Shown here: piece by piece, positions 10,819 through 20,260 of the stretch
Layout of the letters: the number at the start of each line of letters is the position of its first letter
Position numbering within the stretch: position 1 is the first letter of the stretch
Source of the DNA: Candidatus Binatia bacterium
Lineage (GTDB): Bacteria; Desulfobacterota; Binatia; Bin18
Reading direction: 5' to 3'
Length of the DNA stretch: 64,000 nucleotides
Assembly: GCA_963666315.2 (NCBI GenBank)
Contig: CAXXHG010000021.1
Coordinates: forward strand, 164,869-228,868
The notes under the pieces: model-generated
Told to the model about the DNA's origin: nothing
The model's database searches: none
Seen by the model: the letters and a program-made list of their open reading frames with translations, nothing else
Position numbers and translations under genes: made by a program

Positions 10819-11907
10819 ATGGCAGATAAAACGTATAAGGCTCAGATTGATAGAAAGAAGGTCCGGGAAACCGTCGAACATGCCTTCGGTTTCCTCAGCG
10901 GTGCAGTGGTGTCGGGCATGATTTATCTGGGGGATCGTCTAGGCCTGTACCAGGCTCTGGCGGGTGCTGGGCCGATGACAAGTGAAGAGTTGGCGCAGAA
11001 AACCGGCCTACATGAGCGGTGGCTCCGGGAGTGGCTCCAAGGCCAGGCAACGGCAAAGCTTCTTGACTACCCGGGCGATGGCCGTTTTGAACTCTCGGCT
11101 GAAGCCGCTTTGGTGCTGGCCGATGAAAATAGTCCAGCATTCGCGGCTGGTGGATTCTGTTCACTACCGCAACAGATGGCTGTCTTGGAACGCTTGCCTG
11201 AATCGTTCAAGACAGGACTAGGATTATCCTACGACGCGTTTGGATCCGAGGGGGCTCGCCAGGTTGAGCGGATGGCTGCTCCGTGGCTGCGAGCACATCT
11301 TGTCCCTCGTATTCTGCCTCTGCTTGACGGGGTAGTGTCAAAACTTGAGGCTGGGGGAAAAGTGGTCGACGTCGGCTGTGGTACAGGGGCTGCCCTGATT
11401 GAGATGGCCAAAGTCTACCCGCGATCAGATTTTCGTGGATATGATATTTCACAACATGCGTTAGAGCGGGCGGAAGAAAACCGGGTTCAAGCTGGTGTAC
11501 GAAATGTGACATTCCATGATGCTGGCCGGGACCCTCTTCCTGAGGACAACAGTATCGACTTTGTGACGACTTTTGATTGCCTGCACGACATGGCGCATCC
11601 GAGTCAGGTGATCCACAACATTACGCAGGCCATTAAGCCTGACGGGAATTGGTTAATCGCAGACATCAATACGTTACCGTCGTTTGAGGAGAACATGGCC
11701 CAGAATCCTCTTGCCTCCATGTGGTATGGATTCTCCGTTCTGTGCTGCATGTCGTCTGCTATGTCAGAGCCAAATAGCGAAGGTTTAGGAACCTTGGGGT
11801 TTACTGAACCAGTTGCCCGGGAGATGGTACAAAAGGCGGGCTTTACACGTTTTAAGCGTCTCGAAGTGAAGAATCTTGCGAATGCCTATTATGAGGTACG
11901 ACCGTAG
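10819..11907 (+). CDS. SAM-dependent methyltransferase with N-terminal winged helix (Rv2258c-like)
   Basis: LGDRLGLYQAL...LHERWLREWL, VDVGCGTG, FDCLHDM; GGAGGG RBS. Confidence 0.9.
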   Translation: MADKTYKAQIDRKKVRETVEHAFGFLSGAVVSGMIYLGDRLGLYQALAGAGPMTSEELAQKTGLHERWLREWLQGQATAKLLDYPGDGRFELSAEAALVLADENSPAFAAGGFCSLPQQMAVLERLPESFKTGLGLSYDAFGSEGARQVERMAAPWLRAHLVPRILPLLDGVVSKLEAGGKVVDVGCGTGAALIEMAKVYPRSDFRGYDISQHALERAEENRVQAGVRNVTFHDAGRDPLPEDNSIDFVTTFDCLHDMAHPSQVIHNITQAIKPDGNWLIADINTLPSFEENMAQNPLASMWYGFSVLCCMSSAMSEPNSEGLGTLGFTEPVAREMVQKAGFTRFKRLEVKNLANAYYEVRP

Positions 11908-11934
11908 TGTCTATTCTCTAAGAGTAAATATCCC

Positions 11935-12014
11935 CCCTTCGACAATCTCAGGGCGAACGGAAAAAGAGACTCTGTAGCTGGTCCGTTCGTGCTGAGCCCG
12001 CCGAAGTATGAACG
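11935..12014. repeat. Inverted pair of CCCTTCGAC-N-CTCAGGG-GAACGG type dispersed repeats (REP/MITE-like)
   Basis: Left arm cccttcgacaatctcagggcgaacgg; right arm ccgttcgtgctgagcccgccgaag is its imperfect reverse complement; a related copy lies at ~32619-32643. Confidence 0.7.
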
Positions 12015-12128
12015 CATGTGTAGACGCGCTTTGCGCCTGAACATATCCCCACGGCCTGACTTTGTCAGCGCCTTCTCTTTCATCAGAGATTGGGATACAC
12101 CGACTCCAATCTGTGTATGGAGGGTAAT

Positions 12129-13355
12129 GTGAAACCACTCGAAGGTCTCGTCGTCTTGGATTTAACCCGTTTTTTGGCGGGTCCGTACTGTACGCTGCTG
12201 CTGGGCGGGCTTGGTGCGGAGGTCATTAAGATTGAGTCTCCGCATGGCGGAGAGGCGCATCGGAATCGGGCGCCCTTTGCTGGACCCCAAGGGGCCAGCA
12301 TGTCTCGACAGACCGATGACGACATAGGCCTGATGGTCCTACATCGGGCACGCAATAAGAAGAGTGTGACGCTGAATCTTCGTAAGCCTGAAGGTACCGA
12401 GCTGTTTAAACAGCTGGTGAAAAAAGCGGACATTGTGGTAGAGAATTTCTCGCCTGGAACCATAGCTCAGATGGGGCTGAGTTATGCGACGCTCCAGGAG
12501 TGGAACCCGCGTATCATTCTGTGCTCTATTTCCGGCTTTGGCCAAGAAGGACCACGTCGTGATTGGCGCGCGTATGATCCGATTATCCAGGCTGCCAGCG
12601 GCATCAATAGTGTGACCGGCTTTCCGGATCATCCCCCCGCGCGCTGTGGGGCGGCAATCAGCGATACCACGGCTCCGTTGTTTGCCGTCATCGGCATTCT
12701 GTCTGCGCTACAGCTGCGTGAGAAAACGGGTCAAGGCGAATGGGTGGATACCTCTATGCAGGATGGTACGTTTTTCTTGCTGCCGGATCTGATTGAGTAT
12801 ATGGCTGCGGGCGTGATGCCCAAACAGCGCGGGAATACCCATCCGGGCGGCGTCCCGTTCAACGTGTATCAGGCCCAAGACGGTTATGTCTCAATCTGTG
12901 CGGTGTCGGCACGAAACTGGAAGAGTTTGCTCGCAGCGCTCAAGCGGGAAGATTTGCTTGACGATCCAAGATTTGCGAACTTACAGAAACGTATGGAATT
13001 CCGCGATGACGTTGACGCTATCGTCCAGGCCTGGATTGAACAGCGTACGGTTGACGAGGCGGTTGTGTACCTCCAGCAGCATGAGGTCCCGGCCGGTCCG
13101 GTCTTGAGCCCGGCAGAACTGATCAAGGATGAGCATTTGATCCAGCGCAATATGGTCGTCGATGTCGTTCATCCCAAACATGGAGCCCTGCCCGGAGTCA
13201 AAGGTATTGGCATGCCCATTAAGTTTGTGGGTAAGTCGTTCGGATTCGATCAGCCCTGCCCGGAAGTGGGACAACACAATGAAGAAGTATACGCTGGCCT
13301 GCTTGAGCTCGATGAGGCCAGGCTTGGAGAGTTAAAAGAAAACGGGGTGATTTAG
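12129..13355 (+). CDS. Family III CoA transferase (CaiB/BaiF)
   Basis: VLDLTRFLAGPYCT, RNKKSVTLNL, VENFSPG, AYD active-site Asp. Confidence 0.93.
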   Translation: MKPLEGLVVLDLTRFLAGPYCTLLLGGLGAEVIKIESPHGGEAHRNRAPFAGPQGASMSRQTDDDIGLMVLHRARNKKSVTLNLRKPEGTELFKQLVKKADIVVENFSPGTIAQMGLSYATLQEWNPRIILCSISGFGQEGPRRDWRAYDPIIQAASGINSVTGFPDHPPARCGAAISDTTAPLFAVIGILSALQLREKTGQGEWVDTSMQDGTFFLLPDLIEYMAAGVMPKQRGNTHPGGVPFNVYQAQDGYVSICAVSARNWKSLLAALKREDLLDDPRFANLQKRMEFRDDVDAIVQAWIEQRTVDEAVVYLQQHEVPAGPVLSPAELIKDEHLIQRNMVVDVVHPKHGALPGVKGIGMPIKFVGKSFGFDQPCPEVGQHNEEVYAGLLELDEARLGELKENGVI

Positions 13356-13391
13356 TACTGTCTTCTTGAATGGCCGAGAAGGAGAATCGCT

Positions 13392-14363
13392 ATGGGCATG
13401 ATCATTGACGGTGTATGGCAGGCGGATGGTAATGCGCAGCAAATTACAAATGGACGGTATATTCGGCGGGATAGTCAGTTTCGGGATTGGGTGACTGCCG
13501 ACGGTTCGTCTGGGTTTAGGGCCGAGTCTGGTCGGTATCACTTATATATCGCCGTGAATTGTCCCTGGGCGCATCGCACGCGCATCTTTCGGACACTCAA
13601 ACGGTTAGAGGATGTAATTTCTATGTCGATTGCCCTGCCGCGTCGGACGGACCAAGGCTGGGTGTTTGACCATGACGACCCACACTACCGCGATAATTGC
13701 CTTGGAATGCAGGCGCTGCACGAAGTTTATAGCCTTGCCCAAGCGGACTACTCCGGCTCGGTAACCGTGCCAACGCTGTGGGACACTGAACGGCGCACTA
13801 TCGTGACCAACGAGTCATCGGAAATCATTCGTATGTTGAACAGCGAATTTCAGGCGTTCACGGATGATCCGGCAGATTATTATCCGGAGTCGTTACGCAC
13901 AGAGATCGACGCATTAAACGATGTCATCTACCCCACGGTGAATAACGGTGTGTACCGGGCCGGTTTTGCATCAACCCAAGGCGCGCAAGAAGAAGCATGT
14001 GCGGGCGTGTTTGTCACACTCGATCAGCTCGAAGAACGTCTCGCGGCGCAGCCCTATCTGCTTGGCGATCAACTGACCGAGGCCGACTGGCGGTTGTTTC
14101 CGACCTTGGTACGCTTCGACGCTGCCTACTACGGAGCGTTTAAGTGCAACGTCCGGCGTATCGTCGATTATCCTAGCCTGTGGGACTATACGCGTGAGCT
14201 GTATCAGATGCCCGGCATCGCCGAGACCGTCGATATAGAGATCTTTAAGCGTGGCTATTATTCGCCCAGCCCAATGCGCAATCCGTTTGGCATCGTGCCC
14301 AAGGGGGCGATGATCGACTTTTCTGTGCCGCACGGACGAGGACGTCTACAGGCGTCCGCTTAG
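13392..14363 (+). CDS. yqjG: Glutathionyl-hydroquinone reductase (YqjG/Xi-class GST)
   Basis: GRYHLY, CPWAHR, TVPTLWD, NESSEII, NNGVYRAGFA, RFDAAY. Confidence 0.88.
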   Translation: MGMIIDGVWQADGNAQQITNGRYIRRDSQFRDWVTADGSSGFRAESGRYHLYIAVNCPWAHRTRIFRTLKRLEDVISMSIALPRRTDQGWVFDHDDPHYRDNCLGMQALHEVYSLAQADYSGSVTVPTLWDTERRTIVTNESSEIIRMLNSEFQAFTDDPADYYPESLRTEIDALNDVIYPTVNNGVYRAGFASTQGAQEEACAGVFVTLDQLEERLAAQPYLLGDQLTEADWRLFPTLVRFDAAYYGAFKCNVRRIVDYPSLWDYTRELYQMPGIAETVDIEIFKRGYYSPSPMRNPFGIVPKGAMIDFSVPHGRGRLQASA

Positions 14364-14391
14364 TGAAGCTGCATTGTAGGGAGTACCGAGA

Positions 14392-15468
14392 GTGCCTGAG
14401 ACACAACGCGACAGCTTGCAGCTCGGTATCTTTATGCCCAACTGCAGCTACGCCTATTCGATTAGTACCTATAAACCTGAACCTGAGGATTGGACGTACG
14501 AATCCAATAAGAATATTGCGCAGGCGGCTGAGGTGGCTGGGTTTGATTTTCTGTTTCCGGTCAGCCGTTGGCGGGGGTTCGGGGGAGAGACAAATTATCT
14601 TGGCACGTCGCTCGAAACAATGACCTGGGCGTCCGCCATCCTGGCGGCTACCCGGAAAATTCGAGTGTACTCAACCGTGCATGTTCCAGTTTTTCATCCC
14701 TTAGTCGCGGCCAAGATGGGTGCCACGCTTGATCATATAGGTCAAGGCCGCTGGGGGATTAACATCGTCAGTGGTTGGAGTGCAAACGAGTTCGGGATGA
14801 TGGGAATCGAACTCCTGCCCCACGAGGAACGCTATCAGCGCACAACGGCGTTTATTGAGATCCTCAAAGGACTGTGGACTGAAGAGCCCGGCACTTTCGA
14901 TCATGAGTCCCCCTGGTACCAAATCAAGGGCGGATATGTGATGCCGCAGCCCATGCACGAACCGCATCCGCCGATTGTGAACGCCGGTACGTCTGATGCT
15001 GCACGTGATCTTGTTGCCCGCTTGTGTGACTGGGCCTTTATTGCTCCCCCGTCTGCCGAAGCCACTCCCGAAATGTCACAAGATTTCAAGCAGCGTGCAG
15101 AACGCTACGGAAGACGGGTCCAGTGTGCGGGCATGCCTTTTGTGCTGTGGCGGGAAACCGAGCAAGAGGCCCAGGCTGAAGTGCAACGCATTATGGATAA
15201 CACCGATATGGTCGCGGCCCAGAACTGGGCGAGTGGGCTGAGCATAGGCAGTGAGTCTATGACTGACTTTACGCTCAAGATGTTCGCGCTTGGAGCAGGC
15301 GCCTTACCGGTTATAGGCACGGCGGAACAGGTCGCAGAACAATTGGCACGTTTGTATGAACTGGGTATGGATGGTCTGCTTATCGAATTTCTCCATTACC
15401 ATGACGACACCGTTCGGTTTGGTAAGGAGATCGTACCTCTGCTACGGCAGCTGGGGGTGGTGAAGTAG
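14392..15468 (+). CDS. LLM-class flavin-dependent monooxygenase (SfnG/RutA-like)
   Basis: GFDFLFPVSRWRGFGG, HPLVAAKMGATLDHI, NIVSGW, NAGTS. Confidence 0.88.
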   Translation: MPETQRDSLQLGIFMPNCSYAYSISTYKPEPEDWTYESNKNIAQAAEVAGFDFLFPVSRWRGFGGETNYLGTSLETMTWASAILAATRKIRVYSTVHVPVFHPLVAAKMGATLDHIGQGRWGINIVSGWSANEFGMMGIELLPHEERYQRTTAFIEILKGLWTEEPGTFDHESPWYQIKGGYVMPQPMHEPHPPIVNAGTSDAARDLVARLCDWAFIAPPSAEATPEMSQDFKQRAERYGRRVQCAGMPFVLWRETEQEAQAEVQRIMDNTDMVAAQNWASGLSIGSESMTDFTLKMFALGAGALPVIGTAEQVAEQLARLYELGMDGLLIEFLHYHDDTVRFGKEIVPLLRQLGVVK

Positions 15469-15573
15469 GGGGATCAGCGGAGAGACCCAGTCGGGTGACT
15501 GCGTGTTCTGTCCCCTCCATGCCGCCTCGATAGCTACACTGTAGCCTGGAACGCGGTGGAATCCTGGTCTGTT

Positions 15574-16200
15574 CTACGCAGCTTTTCCAGCTGCTTGCTC
15601 AGGCGTTCCTAACGCGACTCCGGTCTCTGACGCCTTTTGCGTGCCGGCATCAAGCTGGAGACCGAACCCGTCGGCCAGCCGCGTCAAATGGTTGAAGATG
15701 CCCACAATGTGAGCGACCTCAAGACACGCCTTGTCGTTAAAGCCCAGCACGCGCAACGGCTTCCAGTCGTCCTCGGTCATGCGGGTAGGCGTCTCACTCA
15801 GTTTATCGGCCACAGCGCATAACGCCCGTTCACGCTCGGAGAGACCGCCGACGTCGTTCCAGCGCCGTGTTTTAATCGCTTCGACCAGCTTCGGATTCCC
15901 GTCTTCAACACGCAGAAACTCTGCGTGAGACTGAGTTCAATAGTGGCAGTCTTGGGCTGAGGCTGCCACTCCGGCAACCATCTCCCTTTCTTTGCGACTG
16001 AGATGGCCTGGCGCAAACATGATCTGCAAATACAGATTAAAAAACGCTGGAGCTATTTGGTCGTGCGCGGCGAGCAGCCGGCCCATAGCCGGGACGAAGC
16101 CAAATTGGTATGCGCCCGTTTGCCCAGGGGGCGTGTTCGCCCGCATTTCTTCTTCAGTCGGAATCCGCACCCACGCCTCGGGCACCGTTTGCGCAGTCAT
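15574..16200 (-). CDS. AhpD/CMD-like peroxidase, predicted selenoprotein (CHYU motif, Sec88)
   Basis: ORF 15937..16200 ends CHY-TGA and continues in frame TQSHAEFLRVE...ADKLSETP...IFNHLTRLADGFG; a SECIS-like hairpin follows; GGAGG RBS. Confidence 0.85.
15909..15927 (-). promoter_or_regulatory. Bacterial SECIS-like hairpin
   Basis: mRNA sense cacgcag-AGUUU-cugcgug; the loop begins after 16 nt following the UGA at 15937-15939. Confidence 0.75.
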
Positions 16201-16297
16201 GTTGTCGCCTCCTTTTTTTCTCAGCGATGTCTAGTCCAAAGAGTGAGAGGGCAGCCTACCACCCTCCTGAGGGTGGGCCTACTCCCTTTCGCTAACC

Positions 16298-17189
16298 TTA
16301 ACTGAAGTGCCGAATCAGCTCGGCTCCCTTTTCCAAAATAGGCCACTGGACCTCCGGGGCAGCGGGCTCGATCAGAAAAACAATGCGGGTGAAGCCCAGG
16401 TCAGCGAGTTCGCGCAGCCGTTTGAGCGCGTCGGGGGCCGCCTGTGTATAGGCAGTTAAAACCCAAGTGATGACTGTCAAGTGGAACTCTTCCATCGCCC
16501 GCCCCATCCGGTCGGCTTCGGTTCGGATGGCTTTAAGTCCGTTCGACAGCTCCCCGAGTCCCTCGACTAATCCATCAACCGGAAACCAGCCGTCACAATA
16601 CTCGACCACGCGCTTGGGCGTCCACTTGGAACTCGCGCCCATCAGTATAGGCGGTCCACCGGCTTGCATGGGCTTGGGCCAAGACTATAAGGGGTCGAAG
16701 CTGACAAATTGACCGTGGAATTCGGCCACCTCCTTGGTCCAGATTTCCCGCATGGCCAGGATACTCTCACGGGTGATTTTCAAACGATCTTTGTAGGCAA
16801 CTCCGTGATCGGCCATCTCTTCTGCATTCCAGCCCGCGCCGATACCGAACAAGAAGCGTCCGTTGGCGACTCGATCCAGACAGGCGATTTCCTTCGCTAG
16901 GGTGATGGGATGATGTTCAGGCACTAGGCGACCGAGGTGCCGACCTTGAGCTTTTGGGTCACTGCGGCCGCGGCGGTCAGGCCAATAAAAGGATCAAAGA
17001 ATTCTTTATAATAATCCGGCAGATCCCCACCGCCGGGAAACGGGCTCTGACGGCTGGTCGGAATATGCGTGTGTTCCCCAAAGAAGAGAGATTCGAATCC
17101 GTTGTCTTCTAGCCAGCGTGCGAAATCGACAGGTTGAATGGTGTATGCGTGGGTATTGTTACAATCCCGAAATCCGGTATACCGGCCAT
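16298..17189 (-). pseudogene. LLM-class F420-dependent oxidoreductase, two frameshifts plus an internal TAG
   Basis: Pieces GFESLFFGEHTHIP, DPFIGLTAAAAVT, LVPEHHPITLAKE, GIGAGWNAEEM, FDPL*SWPKPMQAGGPP. Confidence 0.85.
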
Positions 17190-17317
17190 GTATTCCTCCT
17201 GTTGTGTTGACATGTGCAGCCTAGCTGAAATGATAAAAAATGTATTGTGCGCGAGAAGGACAACGCTTGTCTCGGGAAGCGAACAGGAGAGTGCAGACAC
17301 ATACAGGAGGTTTTCTG

Positions 17318-18079
17318 ATGGCAGAGCTTTTAGATGGAAAAATTGCGTTGATCACCGGTGCGGGTTCAGGCATAGGCCGTGCATCTGCACTGACGTTTGC
17401 CCGTGAAGGTGCGAAAGTCATGGTGGCAGATATCGTTGTTGAGGGTGGAGAAGAGACCGTTCGGTTAGTCAAGAACGCCGGTGGCGAAGCCAGCTTTATC
17501 AAAGTCGATATCTCGAAGGCGGCTGAGGTTGAGGCGATGATCAATAAAGTTGTTCAGACCTATGGCCGGATCGACTGTGCGCACAACAACGCCGGTATCG
17601 AAGGCCAGCTGGCTCCCACTGACGAGTACTCTGAAGAGATGTTTAACCGAGTGCTGGCCATTAACCTGACTGGCGTATGGCTGTGTATGAAATACGAAAT
17701 ACCACACATGCTCAAGCAAGGCAGTGGTACCATTGTGAATACGGCGTCGGGTGCCGGCTTGGTCGGTGTGGCGGGTATGTCGGCCTATGTGGCGAGTAAA
17801 CATGGCGTCGTGGGGCTGACCAAAACGGCAGCGTTGGAGTATGCCAAGTCAGGCATTCGGGTGAATGCGGTCTGTCCTCGGCTGATTCAAACGCCGATGG
17901 TAGAGCGCCTGACTCATGCCCAGCCGCAGCTAGCGGAAGCGCTTGTTGCGGCCGAGCCTATCGGCCGAACAGGCAGGCCAGAGGAAATAGCAGAATCCGT
18001 GGTCTGGCTGTGTTCCGATGCGGCGTCTTTTGTGACCGGACATGCTATGTCGGTTGACGGCGGTTATGTTGCGCAATAG
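17318..18079 (+). CDS. SDR family oxidoreductase (glucose-1-dehydrogenase-like)
   Basis: TGAGSGIG, NNAG, YVASKHG; the usual PG in VNAVCPG is PR here. Confidence 0.92.
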   Translation: MAELLDGKIALITGAGSGIGRASALTFAREGAKVMVADIVVEGGEETVRLVKNAGGEASFIKVDISKAAEVEAMINKVVQTYGRIDCAHNNAGIEGQLAPTDEYSEEMFNRVLAINLTGVWLCMKYEIPHMLKQGSGTIVNTASGAGLVGVAGMSAYVASKHGVVGLTKTAALEYAKSGIRVNAVCPRLIQTPMVERLTHAQPQLAEALVAAEPIGRTGRPEEIAESVVWLCSDAASFVTGHAMSVDGGYVAQ

Positions 18080-18100
18080 GCGCATCGTACCGGCTAGATG

Positions 18101-18130
18101 GTAGGGCAGGTTAGCGTAGCGTAACCCGCC
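18101..18130. repeat. GTAG-type REP element
   Basis: gtag ggcaggtta gcgtagcg taacccgcc imperfect palindrome, followed by a second hairpin gggtgggcc-aaa-ggtccaccc. Confidence 0.6.
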
Positions 18131-18225
18131 GATAAATGGGTGGGCCAAAGGTCCACCCGACCAAACGAAAATGGAAGGAGAGGTCATGAGTTCATTACTC
18201 CCCAGTCCGGAGGCAACCCAACAAT

Positions 18226-18756
18226 TTATGAACAACCCGGAGTGAATAACATGCCAATTCTGCGCCTGTTGGGAAAGAACCGCAGAAAGGCGTTAATTTG
18301 AGCATCAAAGGGCCATCGATCACTAACCCCTGTGATGTTTTCTCCTGGACGCTGTAGGTCGCGAACCAGACCTATCCCTATAGGGTCGGACACGCCAGAA
18401 AAGACAATTGGAACAGTCTTTGTTGCTTTGGCGACTGCAAGGGCCGAGGGGGTTGATATGGGCACTATGACTGCTGGGAGCTGCCGTACGAATTCTTGTG
18501 CAATGGGGAGGGTAAGTGAAGGATCGCCGTTTGCATTCTTGAAGACAATTCTGATAGTTTTCCCATTTTCATATCCGCGTTTTCTTAATCCTTCGATCAA
18601 GCCTTGTCTAACCTCGTCAAGCGCAGGGTGTGTGGCTATTTGCGTAATTGCCACTATTGGTAGATTAGACGATGAAAGGAGGTAGGAGAGGAATCGAGAG
18701 TAAACCACTACCAAGAGAAGAACCCCGCCTCCAATCCAAAGACTCTAGCGATTCAT
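18226..18756 (-). pseudogene. ABC transporter substrate-binding protein (ABC_sub_bind family), early TAG and 3'-truncated
   Basis: ATG AAT CGC TAG, then a signal-like region, QIATHPALD, NANGD, PIVFSGVSDPIGIGLV, NITGVSD; ends at about half length. Confidence 0.8.
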
Positions 18757-18924
18757 AACCCCCTCGTAATGAGTTCTACAGCGTCTTTCAGTCTCATGTC
18801 AGGAGACTTCCTAGTCATTTTTGAATTTGGCTATCGTATCAGTAACTGGGGTAAACTCCAACGATACGTCAATGCGAGAAATGAAAAGGGTATGACGGAT
18901 CCTCTTGATTAAACATATTTTTTT

Positions 18925-18944
18925 GTTAGTGAACGTTCGCTGAC
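18925..18944. promoter_or_regulatory. Putative TetR operator overlapping the tetR promoter
   Basis: Imperfect palindrome gttagtgaac|gttcgctgac just before the ATG; ttgatt -35 candidate at 18905; no SD sequence. Confidence 0.6.
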
Positions 18945-18946
18945 TT

Positions 18947-19528
18947 ATGGACATACTCCAACAAAAACCCAACACCAAGCGACCAGCCATGGTCCAAGCC
19001 GCACTGTCCCTTTTTGCTGAGCGGGGACTCGACGGCACGAGTATGCGAGACATTGCCCGAGCGGCTGGGGTACAGGAAGCCGCCATCTACCGTCATTTTG
19101 CCGGTAAGGAAGCGCTGGCCCGAGAACTTTTTCTGAGCGTCTATCTCTGGCACTGCACGCAGGTACAGGACATTGTGACCGGAGGCGAACCGCTCAAAGA
19201 TAAACTCCGCGACATCGTCCGTCAGGAGTTCGGTATGGCTGAGCGCTACCCCGAGGCGTTTGTGTACGTATGTGAGAATGAACAAAGGTTTTTCGCCGAC
19301 TTGCCTGCTGGCGTTCCCAATGTGCGAAGCATTTTGATCGAGTTCATCACACACGGGCAGGAGCGGGGAGAGCTAGATACGGGAGACTCGGACCTGATCG
19401 CCGACATGCTCAGCGGAGCGCTGTGCGAAGTGGCGTTATCGTTGGTGCGCCGACAGCAACAAGACCAGTTGCGGCGTCACATCGACCTGGTGACTGAGAA
19501 GTGCTGGAGCATGATGTGCAAAATGTGA
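18947..19528 (+). CDS. TetR/AcrR family regulator
   Basis: AALSLFAERGLDGTSMRDIARAAGVQEAAIYRHF HTH. Confidence 0.93.
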   Translation: MDILQQKPNTKRPAMVQAALSLFAERGLDGTSMRDIARAAGVQEAAIYRHFAGKEALARELFLSVYLWHCTQVQDIVTGGEPLKDKLRDIVRQEFGMAERYPEAFVYVCENEQRFFADLPAGVPNVRSILIEFITHGQERGELDTGDSDLIADMLSGALCEVALSLVRRQQQDQLRRHIDLVTEKCWSMMCKM

Positions 19529-19662
19529 GAGACGGTCACGTGGGCGCGAAGATACAGTTCGACAACTGTTAGGACCGGTGAGAGAGATAAGGCCACGGAG
19601 AGATGTCAAACAATCAGCGGCCTGAAAATAGGCCCCGTATACGAGGAAGCGGAGGAACACTC

Positions 19663-20226
19663 ATGGAAGCACCGCTGTGGTTACTGCTCAGCTGGGGCGG
19701 AATCGGCGCCATTGATTTCGTCTACAACCACATCTATCGCTACCGCCTCCATGCGCATGCCTCCAGTTTTCGTGAGCATGGGGTCCACACCCTGCTCGCA
19801 TTGGTTCTCACCGTCACGGTGGTGATGCTAGTCTTTGTCGAAATGGGGACGCTGGGATTTACTATCTTTCTCGGCGTTCAGGCATGTGCGGTGATCTTCA
19901 CCCTGTGGGATGTGTCAATCGAGCCCGCGTCGCGGGAGCCGCTGGGAGGATTGCCTCCACACGAATATCTGGTGCATACGATCGTCTTTCTGATACACGG
20001 CGCCTTTGTGTGGGCGGTGATCGCCGACGCCGATAAATTGGTACACGGCGCGGGATTCGGACTATGGCGCTGGCCTCAACTTCCCGCGTTTTTGCTTTTT
20101 TATGCCGTGCTCTTTACGTTTGTTGGCGCCGGTGTCTTGGTCTTACACGTTTACCTGCTGGCCGTGGGTTATCGGAAGTTCAAAACGGTGCCTGGAGTGC
20201 CTATTGAAGGAACCAGCCGTGTGTAA
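19663..20226 (+). CDS. Membrane protein with His/Glu/Asp motifs, unknown function
   Basis: About 5 TM segments; DFVYNH, EHGVH, WDVSIE, EYLVH; GGAGG RBS before ATG at 19663. Confidence 0.75.
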   Translation: MEAPLWLLLSWGGIGAIDFVYNHIYRYRLHAHASSFREHGVHTLLALVLTVTVVMLVFVEMGTLGFTIFLGVQACAVIFTLWDVSIEPASREPLGGLPPHEYLVHTIVFLIHGAFVWAVIADADKLVHGAGFGLWRWPQLPAFLLFYAVLFTFVGAGVLVLHVYLLAVGYRKFKTVPGVPIEGTSRV

Positions 20227-20260
20227 GGTTGGCAAGGTTGGCTGGTTGTGTGGAGGAGCA

